Shown piece after piece: positions 19,239 through 28,844 of a stretch of 64,000 bases of DNA. Position 1 is the first letter of the stretch. Each line of letters opens with the position of its first letter. Source of the DNA: Candidatus Falkowbacteria bacterium (GTDB lineage: Bacteria > Patescibacteriota > Patescibacteriia > UBA11705 > JABHMO01); the NCBI GenBank assembly GCA_016214755.1, contig JACRNX010000031.1, forward strand, positions 18,020 through 82,019. The letters are read 5' to 3'. The notes below the pieces were generated by a model that saw only the letters and a program-made list of their open reading frames with translations, searched no databases and was not told the origin of the DNA. The position numbers and the translations under genes were made by a program.

Positions 19239-20378
19239 TTAGTTTTGATTAAAAAATAATTTTATTTTCTCAATTATATAATTTTGCTGATCGTCTGAAA
19301 TGCCGGGATGAAGCGGAATACTTAAAAGTTCAGAGTAAATCTGTTCGGTCGCAGGCAATTTAGTGGCGCCAGCGCCGTAATATGTCAACAAATGATTGGG
19401 CAAATAATGGACGCCGCATTCAATGTTACAATCAATTAAGTATTGACGCAAATTATCTCGCTGACTATTTAAAATTCGTATTGGAAAAATGTGCGGGACA
19501 ATGGCGTCAAAATCGTTTTGGAATAATTTCACGCCGGGAATTTCTTTAAACGCATTAAAATAATTTTTTGCCAAAACTTGTCTCTTCGGTTTAAATTCAA
19601 GCTCCAGCCGTTCAAGCTGAACTAGTCCAATAGCGGCGAACAAATTGCTCATGTGATAACGGAATCCTTGATTTTTCACGTCAAATTCCCAACTGCGTTG
19701 GCCGGAATATCTTTTTTCCGTGTCTTTTTGCACGCCCAACAAGCGCGCGTCCTTGATGTATCGCAATACATTCCCGTCGTCGGTTACGATCGCGCCGCCT
19801 TCGCCGGACGTGATATTTTTTATGCCGTCAAAGCTGAAACAAATTATATCGCCGAATGAAGCGATTTTTTTATTGTTATAAATGGAGCCAAAAGCGTGCG
19901 CCGCGTCTTCCACCACGCGTAATTTATGTTTTTCCGCGAACTTATATATAACGTCGAGGTCGCCCGGCCGGCTGGCGTAGTGAACGGGCAAAATAACTTT
20001 GGTTTTTTCCGTTATCCTTTTTTCCGCGTCCGCTAAATCAATAGTGCACGTTTCTGGAACAATTTCACACGCGACTGGTTTGAGTCCGGCCGCGGTAATC
20101 GCCTGAAATGTCGCCACGAATGTCAATGACTGCACCAGCACTTCGCTATCAGGCGCCAATCCAAGCGCGGCCAGTCCCAAATGAATGGCGGCGGTGCCGG
20201 AATTAACGCAAACAACTTCTTTTTTTGTTTCAAGATATTCTTGAATTTTTCGTTCAAAGGACTGGACGTGCTTGCCCATGCCGAGATAGCCGTCTTCAAT
20301 TATAACACGCCTCACCGCCTCTGCTTCCTGTTCGCCGACAATAGATTTTGACAAACGGATTTTATCTGCTTCGTTCAT
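19239..20378 (-). CDS. DegT/DnrJ/EryC1/StrS-family PLP-dependent sugar aminotransferase
   Basis: Fold-type I aminotransferase with SFDGIKNITSGEGGAIV (PLP lysine present), 379 aa. Confidence 0.85.
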   Translation of the reverse strand: MNEADKIRLSKSIVGEQEAEAVRRVIIEDGYLGMGKHVQSFERKIQEYLETKKEVVCVNSGTAAIHLGLAALGLAPDSEVLVQSLTFVATFQAITAAGLKPVACEIVPETCTIDLADAEKRITEKTKVILPVHYASRPGDLDVIYKFAEKHKLRVVEDAAHAFGSIYNNKKIASFGDIICFSFDGIKNITSGEGGAIVTDDGNVLRYIKDARLLGVQKDTEKRYSGQRSWEFDVKNQGFRYHMSNLFAAIGLVQLERLELEFKPKRQVLAKNYFNAFKEIPGVKLFQNDFDAIVPHIFPIRILNSQRDNLRQYLIDCNIECGVHYLPNHLLTYYGAGATKLPATEQIYSELLSIPLHPGISDDQQNYIIEKIKLFFNQN

Positions 20379-21669
20379 ATATATATGTTCCTCGCGAGGT
20401 TTTATTAAGCCGCTGTAAAGCGTTAAGCAAAATATGTTTTGGCTTTACGCGGCTATGGGTTGGGATGCTGACAATTTGTTTAGTAATTCTTTCGGCATTT
20501 GGACAGGAGCCAACAGTATAGCCGATGTCTGCAAAATTTGATGAGCGACAGCCGGCGACCGTGGTGAACCAAATACCAAAATCATAGTATTTCTCCAAGT
20601 CGCGGATAAAATCGTCACGATTTTCAACTAATATCGGATAGCGGAGCCAAACACAGTCAAGCTCTTCGTTTTTGAATAATTTTTCATTGACTTCGGTTAT
20701 ATTTTCAAACTCATTGGCGATTCTTTTTCGATCAGCGAGATTTTCAGTTAAGCTGTCCAATTGAGAAATTCCAATTTGACTATGAACATTGGATAAACGC
20801 GCTGGAAACGGATAAGCCGTTGGTTTGGTCAATTTTAAATAATCCGTAATGAACATCGCTATTTTGGTTTTTACCAAAAGAGACAAAAACGACTTACTTA
20901 ACCAATAAACTCGCGGGTGCGTTAAACAATGAAAAATCGCGTATGTGAGAATTTGTCGTCTAATTTGCCAAGAAGATAAAAATTTTGATTCATTATATAT
21001 AATTTCTAATTTTTGCGTTAATGCCGCATCATTACTGACGGCCAGGCCGCCGATGCCAGTGGAGATTACTTTAGTATGGTCGGTGGAAAAGAATGAGGCG
21101 TATCCAAGCGTCCCAACCGGACGGCCTTTTTCTTTCCCGCCGAGCGCGTGCGCACAATCTTCAATTACGGGAATGCCATATTTTTTCCCGATTTCAATTA
21201 TTTCATCAATTAGACACGGAACGCCAAAAGTATGTTGCGCGATGACGGCTCTGGTTCTGGGCGATATTTTCGCCTCCAAATCCTTGGGCTCGGGTCCGAA
21301 CCGTTCCGACTCAATATCGCAGTAAATCGGTTTAGCGCCGGCGTAAATAATCGCGTTCGGAACCACCACGCAGGTGAACGCGGGAATAATGACTTCATCG
21401 CCTGGTCCAATGTTTAGCACTTTCAAAATCGCGTAAAGCGCCATTCGGCCGGTGGAAAAGCTAAAGCATTTTCGAACACCAAGATATTCGGCAAATTTTC
21501 TTTCGTAAACGTCAATTTCAGGGCCGATAGTTAAGCGTTTGCTGAACACGGCGCGCAAGGCGTCGCGAATTTCTCTGTTTGACGTGGTGCCGGAGAAAAT
21601 ATTTGTTTGGAAAAAGCGCTTACGAATAAAAATTTCATTTAATAAATTCAAGGTCGTTTTTACGAACAT
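20362..21669 (-). CDS. DegT/DnrJ/EryC1/StrS-family PLP-dependent aminotransferase with C-terminal extension
   Basis: FFSTDHTKVISTGIGGLAV lysine motif. The ORF track extends to 21753, but the internal ATG at 21669..21667 (MFVKTT...) is preceded by GAGGAAG about 5 nt upstream and leaves a 16-nt gap to the upstream stop. It is therefore preferred. Confidence 0.8.
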   Translation of the reverse strand: MFVKTTLNLLNEIFIRKRFFQTNIFSGTTSNREIRDALRAVFSKRLTIGPEIDVYERKFAEYLGVRKCFSFSTGRMALYAILKVLNIGPGDEVIIPAFTCVVVPNAIIYAGAKPIYCDIESERFGPEPKDLEAKISPRTRAVIAQHTFGVPCLIDEIIEIGKKYGIPVIEDCAHALGGKEKGRPVGTLGYASFFSTDHTKVISTGIGGLAVSNDAALTQKLEIIYNESKFLSSWQIRRQILTYAIFHCLTHPRVYWLSKSFLSLLVKTKIAMFITDYLKLTKPTAYPFPARLSNVHSQIGISQLDSLTENLADRKRIANEFENITEVNEKLFKNEELDCVWLRYPILVENRDDFIRDLEKYYDFGIWFTTVAGCRSSNFADIGYTVGSCPNAERITKQIVSIPTHSRVKPKHILLNALQRLNKTSRGTYIYERSR

Positions 21670-21685
21670 AATATCTTCCTCGTCA

Positions 21686-24109
21686 TTATTGAAAAAACAG
21701 TTCTCGGTAGCGCGCTTGGTATTCGACAAACACCCTGTTACCTTTCTCGTCAAATTTTTCAGCGCGTTTTATGTTTTCCCATTCATCCCTGGAAAATTTA
21801 ACATATAACGGAAATGTTCGCTGAAGACCTTTTAACTCTTCGTAGCTTAACGGTTGATTTCTTAACGGCACGCTGTCAAGCAGTTGATAAACTTTGTCTT
21901 GCGGCGTTAAATAACCTTTCTCAAGACAAAATTTATGTATTTGCGTCCCTTTGTACGGCGTCATTAAATAGCAATTCATCGTACGCGGATTGATTAAACG
22001 GTTGAATTCTATGGTGTCAAATATCAGCTCGCGCGTCTCTTCAGGAAATCCAATGATATTATTAACAGTGTATGATAGGCCGAATTTTTCGACGATTTTC
22101 AGCGCGTTTAGCATTAATTCGTTCGTGCAATGCCGATTAAGCATTCTGGCGCGAAATTGTTCATTGCCGTGCTCAACGCCAAATTGCATGCTGTCGCAAC
22201 CCATCTCCTTCAATATTTTTATTTTTTCTTCGGTGACCGTCTCTGGTCTTGATTGGCACCAAAATGGAATTTTGATTTCTTGATATAAATCAGAAATTTC
22301 TTTCAATTCTTCAACTGTCCTGGCGAGAAAAGATTCAGCGTTGAAATTAACATAGTCCGGATTATATTTGTGTACGAGATGTTTCATCTCGTCAATAATT
22401 TTTTTAGCGGATTTTTTGCGGTAGTATGCGCCGCATTGATTTTGTTGAAATAATTCTCTTAAACGCGGCGCTTCGCAATAAGTGCACGCGTACGGACAGC
22501 CGCGATCAAGTTCAAGATGGACCATGGTGTAGATTTTCCCGAACATCGGCCGGTAAAGCCGCTCTTTGCCGAATATATCAAAATCAATGACTGCGAGTTT
22601 GTCTAAATCAACAAGCGGCCGCAGCGGATTCTTTATAATTTCGCCGTCTGGCCGTTTTATCCATAAATTTTTAATATCGCAATAATTTTGCCCTCGCGCC
22701 ATTCGTTCGCAAAGTTCAACCAGCGCCTCCTCGCCCTCGCCGAGGCAGACGATATTAACAGAGTCGAGATTTATCACCTCTTCCGGCGAAAAGGTGGCAT
22801 AAACGCCGCCGGCGATAACAGGGACATGAAAATCTTTGATGGAATTGAGCAGCGCGCGGCCAAGTTCAAAAGTATCTTCAACTAACGTAATAGCGATTAA
22901 ATCTGGTTTATAATTTTCAACTTTCTGTTTCAAATCATCGCTGATATTCGTCTCTTTTAATTTTATGCCTGTCTTTTCATAGCTAAACGGTTTGACCTGC
23001 AACAACTCAACTTTTTTTAATTCAAAATTGATATTCTCGGTTTTATAAAAAGTGGTGTCAAAGACATCGGTCTCGATTCCCTTTTCTCTAAGGCAGGCGG
23101 ATAATTGACTGATATGCAGTGGAATTAGCGTCGCCATCATTGTGTTTGGATAAATAAACAAAACTTTGAATTTTTTTGAAGCTAAATTTGACTCGTTAAT
23201 ATTTACTGGCTGACTGGTTTTTATCAGCGGTTCTTGACAGCCAGATAATTCATGATGTATCTCTTCAAAACATTGGAGCAATCCCTGTCCCATATCCAAA
23301 TAAAACGAACTGATGTATTTTCGTCCAATCTTCGGATTGTATGAATACGGCGTCACCTGATAATGGTCTTCAGGGTTTTCCTGTCTGAACTCCATCGGGA
23401 ATTTATTGCCCAGCGCTTCATTAATCATGGTCAACATTTCTTTTGATTTTATCGGATGATGGCCGGACAAAATCACATGCTGGTTGATAAAGTTTTGTTC
23501 CAAAATTTCCACCGAGCACCTAGCCGCGTCTTCGACATGAATATATTCCCTCGTTTCTTCACCGCTGCCCCAGTATGAAATTTTTTGTTCTTGAATTATC
23601 TGCTTCAGCAAACGATAAATCGGATTGCTGTCGTCCGCGCGCGGACCGTACAATGAACCATAGCGCACGATCGTGTAAGGGATATTATATTTTTTTGAAT
23701 ATTCCTCAATATACGCCTCGCAGGCCTGTTTGCTGCTTTTATAAAATGAGCCGGCTTTACTATAAACGTAAACCGAAGAAGCAAAAATATAGCGCTCGAT
23801 TTCTTCGTCTTTTATGGATTCAAGAATATGAGCGTTTCCCAAAATATTGCTTTTTATCGTTTCGAGCGGCAAATTTGAAGCCCTGTCTAAATCGGCCAGT
23901 CCGGCGAAATTATAAACAGCCTTGGCTCCGCTGACAGTTTGCTTCACTTTTTCCAAATCCAAAATGTCGCCGATTATCATTGCTTGCCCTGATTTTAAAT
24001 ATTTTGATTCTTTTAAATCGAAAATCACTACCTGATGACCTTTATCGGTCAGCGCATCGGCGACATGGCTGCCGAGAAATCCAGAACCGCCGAAAACAAT
24101 CGCTTTCAT
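21686..24109 (-). CDS. fusion protein: NAD-dependent epimerase/dehydratase (SDR) domain + cobalamin-binding radical SAM domain
   Basis: N-terminal MKAIVFGGSGFLGSHV ... YKSSK is an SDR. The centre has a B12-binding-like Rossmann domain (KVLFIYPN...DLIAITLVEDT). Downstream is ELDRGCPYACTYCEAP, a CxxxCxxC radical SAM cluster motif. The track ORF begins at a TTG (24154); the ATG at 24109 is used here. Confidence 0.75.
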   Translation of the reverse strand: MKAIVFGGSGFLGSHVADALTDKGHQVVIFDLKESKYLKSGQAMIIGDILDLEKVKQTVSGAKAVYNFAGLADLDRASNLPLETIKSNILGNAHILESIKDEEIERYIFASSVYVYSKAGSFYKSSKQACEAYIEEYSKKYNIPYTIVRYGSLYGPRADDSNPIYRLLKQIIQEQKISYWGSGEETREYIHVEDAARCSVEILEQNFINQHVILSGHHPIKSKEMLTMINEALGNKFPMEFRQENPEDHYQVTPYSYNPKIGRKYISSFYLDMGQGLLQCFEEIHHELSGCQEPLIKTSQPVNINESNLASKKFKVLFIYPNTMMATLIPLHISQLSACLREKGIETDVFDTTFYKTENINFELKKVELLQVKPFSYEKTGIKLKETNISDDLKQKVENYKPDLIAITLVEDTFELGRALLNSIKDFHVPVIAGGVYATFSPEEVINLDSVNIVCLGEGEEALVELCERMARGQNYCDIKNLWIKRPDGEIIKNPLRPLVDLDKLAVIDFDIFGKERLYRPMFGKIYTMVHLELDRGCPYACTYCEAPRLRELFQQNQCGAYYRKKSAKKIIDEMKHLVHKYNPDYVNFNAESFLARTVEELKEISDLYQEIKIPFWCQSRPETVTEEKIKILKEMGCDSMQFGVEHGNEQFRARMLNRHCTNELMLNALKIVEKFGLSYTVNNIIGFPEETRELIFDTIEFNRLINPRTMNCYLMTPYKGTQIHKFCLEKGYLTPQDKVYQLLDSVPLRNQPLSYEELKGLQRTFPLYVKFSRDEWENIKRAEKFDEKGNRVFVEYQARYRELFFQ

Positions 24110-24160
24110 ATTAATGATTTTAAAATATTTTCCGAAGGATATAGTCCTGCCCAATTGTTT

Positions 24161-26086
24161 CTATCGTTCGCGTAATACTTTTAATAACTCATCGCTATCA
24201 TTTATTAATCCGCCGCCTGTCGGATTGCCAAGCGTTTGCTTCAACGCGTTAATAAATATTTTCATCTGCTCGACATTGCCAATGCTGACGCGAATGCAAT
24301 CGCTGAGTGGGCAGTTCGCGACGCCGGATTTTATCAGGATTTTTTGTTCGCGCATTTTTTGTTCTAGCTGAACGCTTTTTTCATGACTGCCAACCTTGAT
24401 ATTGATAAAATTCGCGTAGCTTTTATGAAACGGCAGATTCATTTCCGCGAGCGACTTTTCCAAATATTCTTTTCCGGCGGCTGTCTCGCGCAAATTATTT
24501 TCGACGATCCGCGGATGATCAATAATATATTCCGCGAAACGGACGCCGAATGCGTTCGCTTCGTACATTGGCCGGACTTTGTGCAAGCATTCAATTATTT
24601 TTTCATTGCTGACGACAAAACCCAAACGGCCGGCGGCCAGCCCTTGAGCTTTGGAAAATGTTCTAGTTATCATTAAATTCGGATACTTCTTTATTAAATG
24701 AATCGCGGTTTGACTATAATATGGATAATACGCTTCATCTATTAAAACAATTACTCTGTTTGCGGCCGCGCGATTAATAATTTTTTCAAGCTCGGCCGGA
24801 GACAGGACCGTCCCGGTCGGACTGTTCGGATTCGCCAGACAAATTAATTTTGGCTTTTGAATTTCAATTTGATTGATGATTTTTTCCGTGTTAATGCACA
24901 ATCCGTCTTCATAATTAATCAAAATCGCTTTCGCCTGAAACATTTTTGTGTAAACGTCGTACATCGCGTATGTCGGCCAAAGCGTCATTACTTTATCATC
25001 CGGTTCCACAAAAATTTCAAAAGCCGCCTTTATTCCCGCGTCCGAGCCGGCCGTGATATATAAATATTCTTGGGCGACGCCTAAACTCTTGGCTGTCTTT
25101 TTATACAGCGCGTCTAGCTCGGGATAGGCGGAAATAAATTCCGGACTGATTAATCGTTTTATTTCGTCTAAAAATTCAGACGACATTGGTATTAAATTTT
25201 CGTTTTTGTCTAATCTTAAGTATTCTAAACGGCTTTGTTGAGGGTTTCCAACCCGAGTTAAATCCAGCAAATGTTTTTTTGTCGGCAATTTAAAATTTTT
25301 AAAATCGTATGGCGTCGCGCGTTCCGTAAAACCATGTTTATTCAACCAATAAACCACGCCCGGGATTTGCCATTCAAAATCAACATCGCAGCCACCCCAT
25401 TGTTTGAGAGGATAAATTTTTTGCCCCATCCATTTTTGCGGCAATAATCCGCTCGCGAGATTTTCCAAACAACGCGGCCGAACGATGGACACGCCCATAT
25501 CCGCGAACCAAACATCGCCTTGCGAATCGCGGTCGCAATTCAATGTTCTGGGGTCGCCGAATGTTTCAAACGCCACGAACGGCTCCAGCAATCCCTGGGA
25601 ATTTTCCCGGCGCGCGCGCAATGGGCTCCACATGTTGTATGGCGAAACCGTGACCGCTGAATCAAAATCCGGACGTTCCTTTAATACTGCGATCCCCTGG
25701 TCAATTGTTTCTGATAAAATTGTCGCTGCATTGCAAAAAAACAAAACAAGCAATTCAACTTCTTTGCCTTGTTGCCGATAAAATTCCTTGATGATTTGAT
25801 ACCCGTGCGCGAACGCGTCTTCGCCCAGCGCCTGCTTAGTCGCTAATTCAGCCGGCCGATTGATTATTTCCAGCCCATATTTTCGTCCAATCTCTTTGTA
25901 TTCCTCTGAATCAGTGGAAAAAAATATTTTGTCAACGTATTTTGAATTTAATCCAGCTATCATTGGATAAACCATAAGCGGCCGGCCTAACACTTGATAG
26001 GTATTTTTCCCGGGAAACCCGACACTGCCGGCTCTTCCGAGTAAAAGTCCGGCAATAATTCTATTGTTTTCTTTACTGTCCGACAT
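24161..26086 (-). CDS. fusion protein: NeuA/KdsB-like CMP-sugar cytidylyltransferase domain + class I/II (HisC/CobD-like) PLP-dependent aminotransferase/decarboxylase domain
   Basis: N-terminal LLLGRAGSVGFPGKN ... FFSTDSEE matches the acylneuraminate cytidylyltransferase family. The C-terminal half has LRLDKNENLIP and ITRTFSKAQGLAAGRLGFVV, the HisC/CobD-type PLP lysine motif. Confidence 0.7.
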   Translation of the reverse strand: MSDSKENNRIIAGLLLGRAGSVGFPGKNTYQVLGRPLMVYPMIAGLNSKYVDKIFFSTDSEEYKEIGRKYGLEIINRPAELATKQALGEDAFAHGYQIIKEFYRQQGKEVELLVLFFCNAATILSETIDQGIAVLKERPDFDSAVTVSPYNMWSPLRARRENSQGLLEPFVAFETFGDPRTLNCDRDSQGDVWFADMGVSIVRPRCLENLASGLLPQKWMGQKIYPLKQWGGCDVDFEWQIPGVVYWLNKHGFTERATPYDFKNFKLPTKKHLLDLTRVGNPQQSRLEYLRLDKNENLIPMSSEFLDEIKRLISPEFISAYPELDALYKKTAKSLGVAQEYLYITAGSDAGIKAAFEIFVEPDDKVMTLWPTYAMYDVYTKMFQAKAILINYEDGLCINTEKIINQIEIQKPKLICLANPNSPTGTVLSPAELEKIINRAAANRVIVLIDEAYYPYYSQTAIHLIKKYPNLMITRTFSKAQGLAAGRLGFVVSNEKIIECLHKVRPMYEANAFGVRFAEYIIDHPRIVENNLRETAAGKEYLEKSLAEMNLPFHKSYANFINIKVGSHEKSVQLEQKMREQKILIKSGVANCPLSDCIRVSIGNVEQMKIFINALKQTLGNPTGGGLINDSDELLKVLRER

Positions 26087-26148
26087 AACTTTTTATTATC
26101 TAATCTTACACCTTTTTGCTTTTTTTCAAAAATAATTATCAACAGGCG

Positions 26149-28044
26149 TTATTTAATGGATTTTGACCCCGCTGAACTAATTTTCCCAGCGTAAAAATAG
26201 ACAAAACGGTTTTTCATTGGAATCAAAACTTTTTCAAAATATTCAATCATTATTTGTCCATCTTTCGGCCTCCTCGGCATATAATACACGCCGATTTCTC
26301 TGGATGGAATTTCGTTTAATGAGACAACCTTTCCGATTGAAAATAAATTGGCCAATTCTGACGCTTTTTCAGACGGCATATCCGCGGAAATGCCAATTAT
26401 CATCGTATTAGCCGAGCCATAAGTTTCATCGTAATCCCAATGATTTTTCAAATTAGGAAAAGCGTATTCGCGAAGTGGCATTGGGCCGTCAATAATGACT
26501 TTTGCCGGCAAATAGTAATAATCGCTGAAATCGAAATATAAAGCACGATTCTTCGCATTTTGTTGCGACCATTCAATTAAATTGCGATAGGCGCCATATT
26601 CAGGCCGGCGCGCCGGCGTGATAATTTCGCGATTAACTTGGAAAGAAACAGACAACAACGCGAAGATAGTCAAATAAATTAAGACGCTGATTTTTCTTCT
26701 GTCGCTTATCAAATGATTATCTGCGATAAACATGCCAATGATGGCGAAAAACGGCGCCATCAGGCCATAACGCGCGTATGGTTCGCATTCAATTCTAAAA
26801 AAAACAAATAAATACATTAAAAAATATATGGCTAACAATTTTAAAACGAATCGTTTAGCTTCAGTTTGCTCGCGATACCACTGTCGTATTTTCGCGAAAC
26901 GAAACGCGCTCCAACTTTTACGCGAAAAAACATTCAATCCGACGAAAACAAATGATAATAGCAAAAGTAATGCCACTTGAGTAATAAAACCAACGGCCGC
27001 TAATTGATAGCGGTACCAATTATTGTCGCCGTGCAAGGTTGACCAGCGCGTCCATTTTAACCCTAATGCCTCGCGCGCCTTGACAAAATTTTCAGGCAAC
27101 GGAGGAACAACGCTGGTGGTTAAATCGCTTAACATGTTCGGGACGAGACCATGCAAATTCAAATGAAATTGCGTTTTCCCCAGCGAAGCGAGCGTAATTA
27201 TTTGCCACGTTTTAAACCAAGTTTTCGTGTAACGAATTATATGTGAAAATCCTGTTTCTGTCGTTCGAAGTTTGTCATATTCTTTTGAGTAATAATAGAC
27301 CTGCGCCATCTGCAAGAAACCGCCGACGATCGCCAATAAGAGCAGCAGAGCGACAACCTTCTTCCGCTGCCAGCGGGAAATAAGCAAGATAAAACTTACG
27401 GCCAAAGCGAAAACAATGCCGAAGAAATGAATCGCGGACAATAAAAACAACGCGACAGCGGCCATAATTAAATTAAAAATCTGGAAACCGGCTAATAATT
27501 TTGAGGCGTGATACAAAGAGACGCAAAATAATAAAATCAAAAGCGGCATCCAGCGGCTGACTTCGAGATAACTGAAAATCGGCCAAGATAAAAAGAATAA
27601 AAGGCAAATTACGCGCGCGCTGGATTTTTTTTCCGGGAAAATTAAAATTAATAGACGATAGAGAGAATAAAAAGCCAAGCAATTAATTAATATCATCAGT
27701 AATTTTGAGCAAACGAGAAACACGAAAGTGTTATTTAAATTTAAAAACCAAGAAATGCATTTTAATGGCGCGAGATAAAAAAATTGAAAAAGATTACTGA
27801 CGGAAGTGTAAATATAATCATAGCCGTTGACTGGCGCCGATGCCAACGGCGCGGCCAGATTTGACAAATCATTTAAACGCAGAAAAGTCGAGCGCAAGGT
27901 TAAATCAAACCAATGATAATCCGGCGCGTACTCTTCATAATTAAATGGGTGGGGAAATCGGAAAGCAAGCGAAACGGAAATCGCGATTATTATAATGATA
28001 ATCGTCGCCAGCCAAATTTTTTCTAATTTCAAAAACTTATTCAT
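26149..28044 (-). CDS. large polytopic membrane protein with C-terminal soluble domain (GT-C-like or unknown function)
   Basis: 631 aa, about 13 hydrophobic helices, then a 150-aa soluble tail. No recognisable motif. Confidence 0.3.
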   Translation of the reverse strand: MNKFLKLEKIWLATIIIIIIAISVSLAFRFPHPFNYEEYAPDYHWFDLTLRSTFLRLNDLSNLAAPLASAPVNGYDYIYTSVSNLFQFFYLAPLKCISWFLNLNNTFVFLVCSKLLMILINCLAFYSLYRLLILIFPEKKSSARVICLLFFLSWPIFSYLEVSRWMPLLILLFCVSLYHASKLLAGFQIFNLIMAAVALFLLSAIHFFGIVFALAVSFILLISRWQRKKVVALLLLLAIVGGFLQMAQVYYYSKEYDKLRTTETGFSHIIRYTKTWFKTWQIITLASLGKTQFHLNLHGLVPNMLSDLTTSVVPPLPENFVKAREALGLKWTRWSTLHGDNNWYRYQLAAVGFITQVALLLLLSFVFVGLNVFSRKSWSAFRFAKIRQWYREQTEAKRFVLKLLAIYFLMYLFVFFRIECEPYARYGLMAPFFAIIGMFIADNHLISDRRKISVLIYLTIFALLSVSFQVNREIITPARRPEYGAYRNLIEWSQQNAKNRALYFDFSDYYYLPAKVIIDGPMPLREYAFPNLKNHWDYDETYGSANTMIIGISADMPSEKASELANLFSIGKVVSLNEIPSREIGVYYMPRRPKDGQIMIEYFEKVLIPMKNRFVYFYAGKISSAGSKSIK

Positions 28045-28765
28045 ATTCGTCGTCCTTTTTCCCTTTGGACAAATTTAGTTTAGATATAAAATGTAAATTT
28101 TTGTTAAAAAGAAAGCTTGTCAATCGCGGATAAATATTTAACTGATTGATTGTTTCTTGATTGACAAGATTATTTTTTTGAAATAGTAATTTCCATCTCT
28201 GACGCGACAAATAGTTAAAAGGCAGCGGTATATTGTAAAAATAATTGCCAATCCAGTCCATAAGACGGAGCCGGACAATGTCCCAGTGCGTTTCCGCGAA
28301 ATGATCCTTGATTAATAAAAATTGACGCGCGACTCGGCTACATTCAGCTAATAATTTTTCAGGCGATTCAACGTGATGAAGAACATCAACCAGCATAACA
28401 AAATCAAAAGAATCATTCGAGAACGGCAGGTTTTGTCCGTTAAATTCAACTACTTCTATTAACGTGCCTTTTCGGAGATTAATTTCCGCGCCTATTATAT
28501 TGACTGGCGGTTTTTGCGTTCGCATGCGATGGCTGATCTCGCCGGTGCCGCAGCCAACGTCCAGCCCGCTCATTCGCTGATTGTCCGGCAATAATCGGCA
28601 AAGATATCGCGAAATCGAGCGGACGCGGTACTGGTTGATAAAGCGTTGATGCAGTTTTTGACTGATTTTATTTATCATCTTAAATAGTTTATTATCAAGC
28701 GAGTGAGTGAAATGTCCCGCTTTGGCGGGATCATTTCCGAGCGAGCGCAGATAATACAGGTTCAA
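28037..28765 (-). CDS. class I SAM-dependent methyltransferase
   Basis: LDVGCGTGEIS motif I and downstream acidic motif II (VMLVDVLHHV). Confidence 0.75.
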   Translation of the reverse strand: MNLYYLRSLGNDPAKAGHFTHSLDNKLFKMINKISQKLHQRFINQYRVRSISRYLCRLLPDNQRMSGLDVGCGTGEISHRMRTQKPPVNIIGAEINLRKGTLIEVVEFNGQNLPFSNDSFDFVMLVDVLHHVESPEKLLAECSRVARQFLLIKDHFAETHWDIVRLRLMDWIGNYFYNIPLPFNYLSRQRWKLLFQKNNLVNQETINQLNIYPRLTSFLFNKNLHFISKLNLSKGKKDDEYE

Positions 28766-28844
28766 TACCGCGTAGCCTTGCTACGAAATAAAATGGACGA
28801 AGCGAGTTCCTACAAATACCTCGGAACTCTGCTCCGAGGAACCT

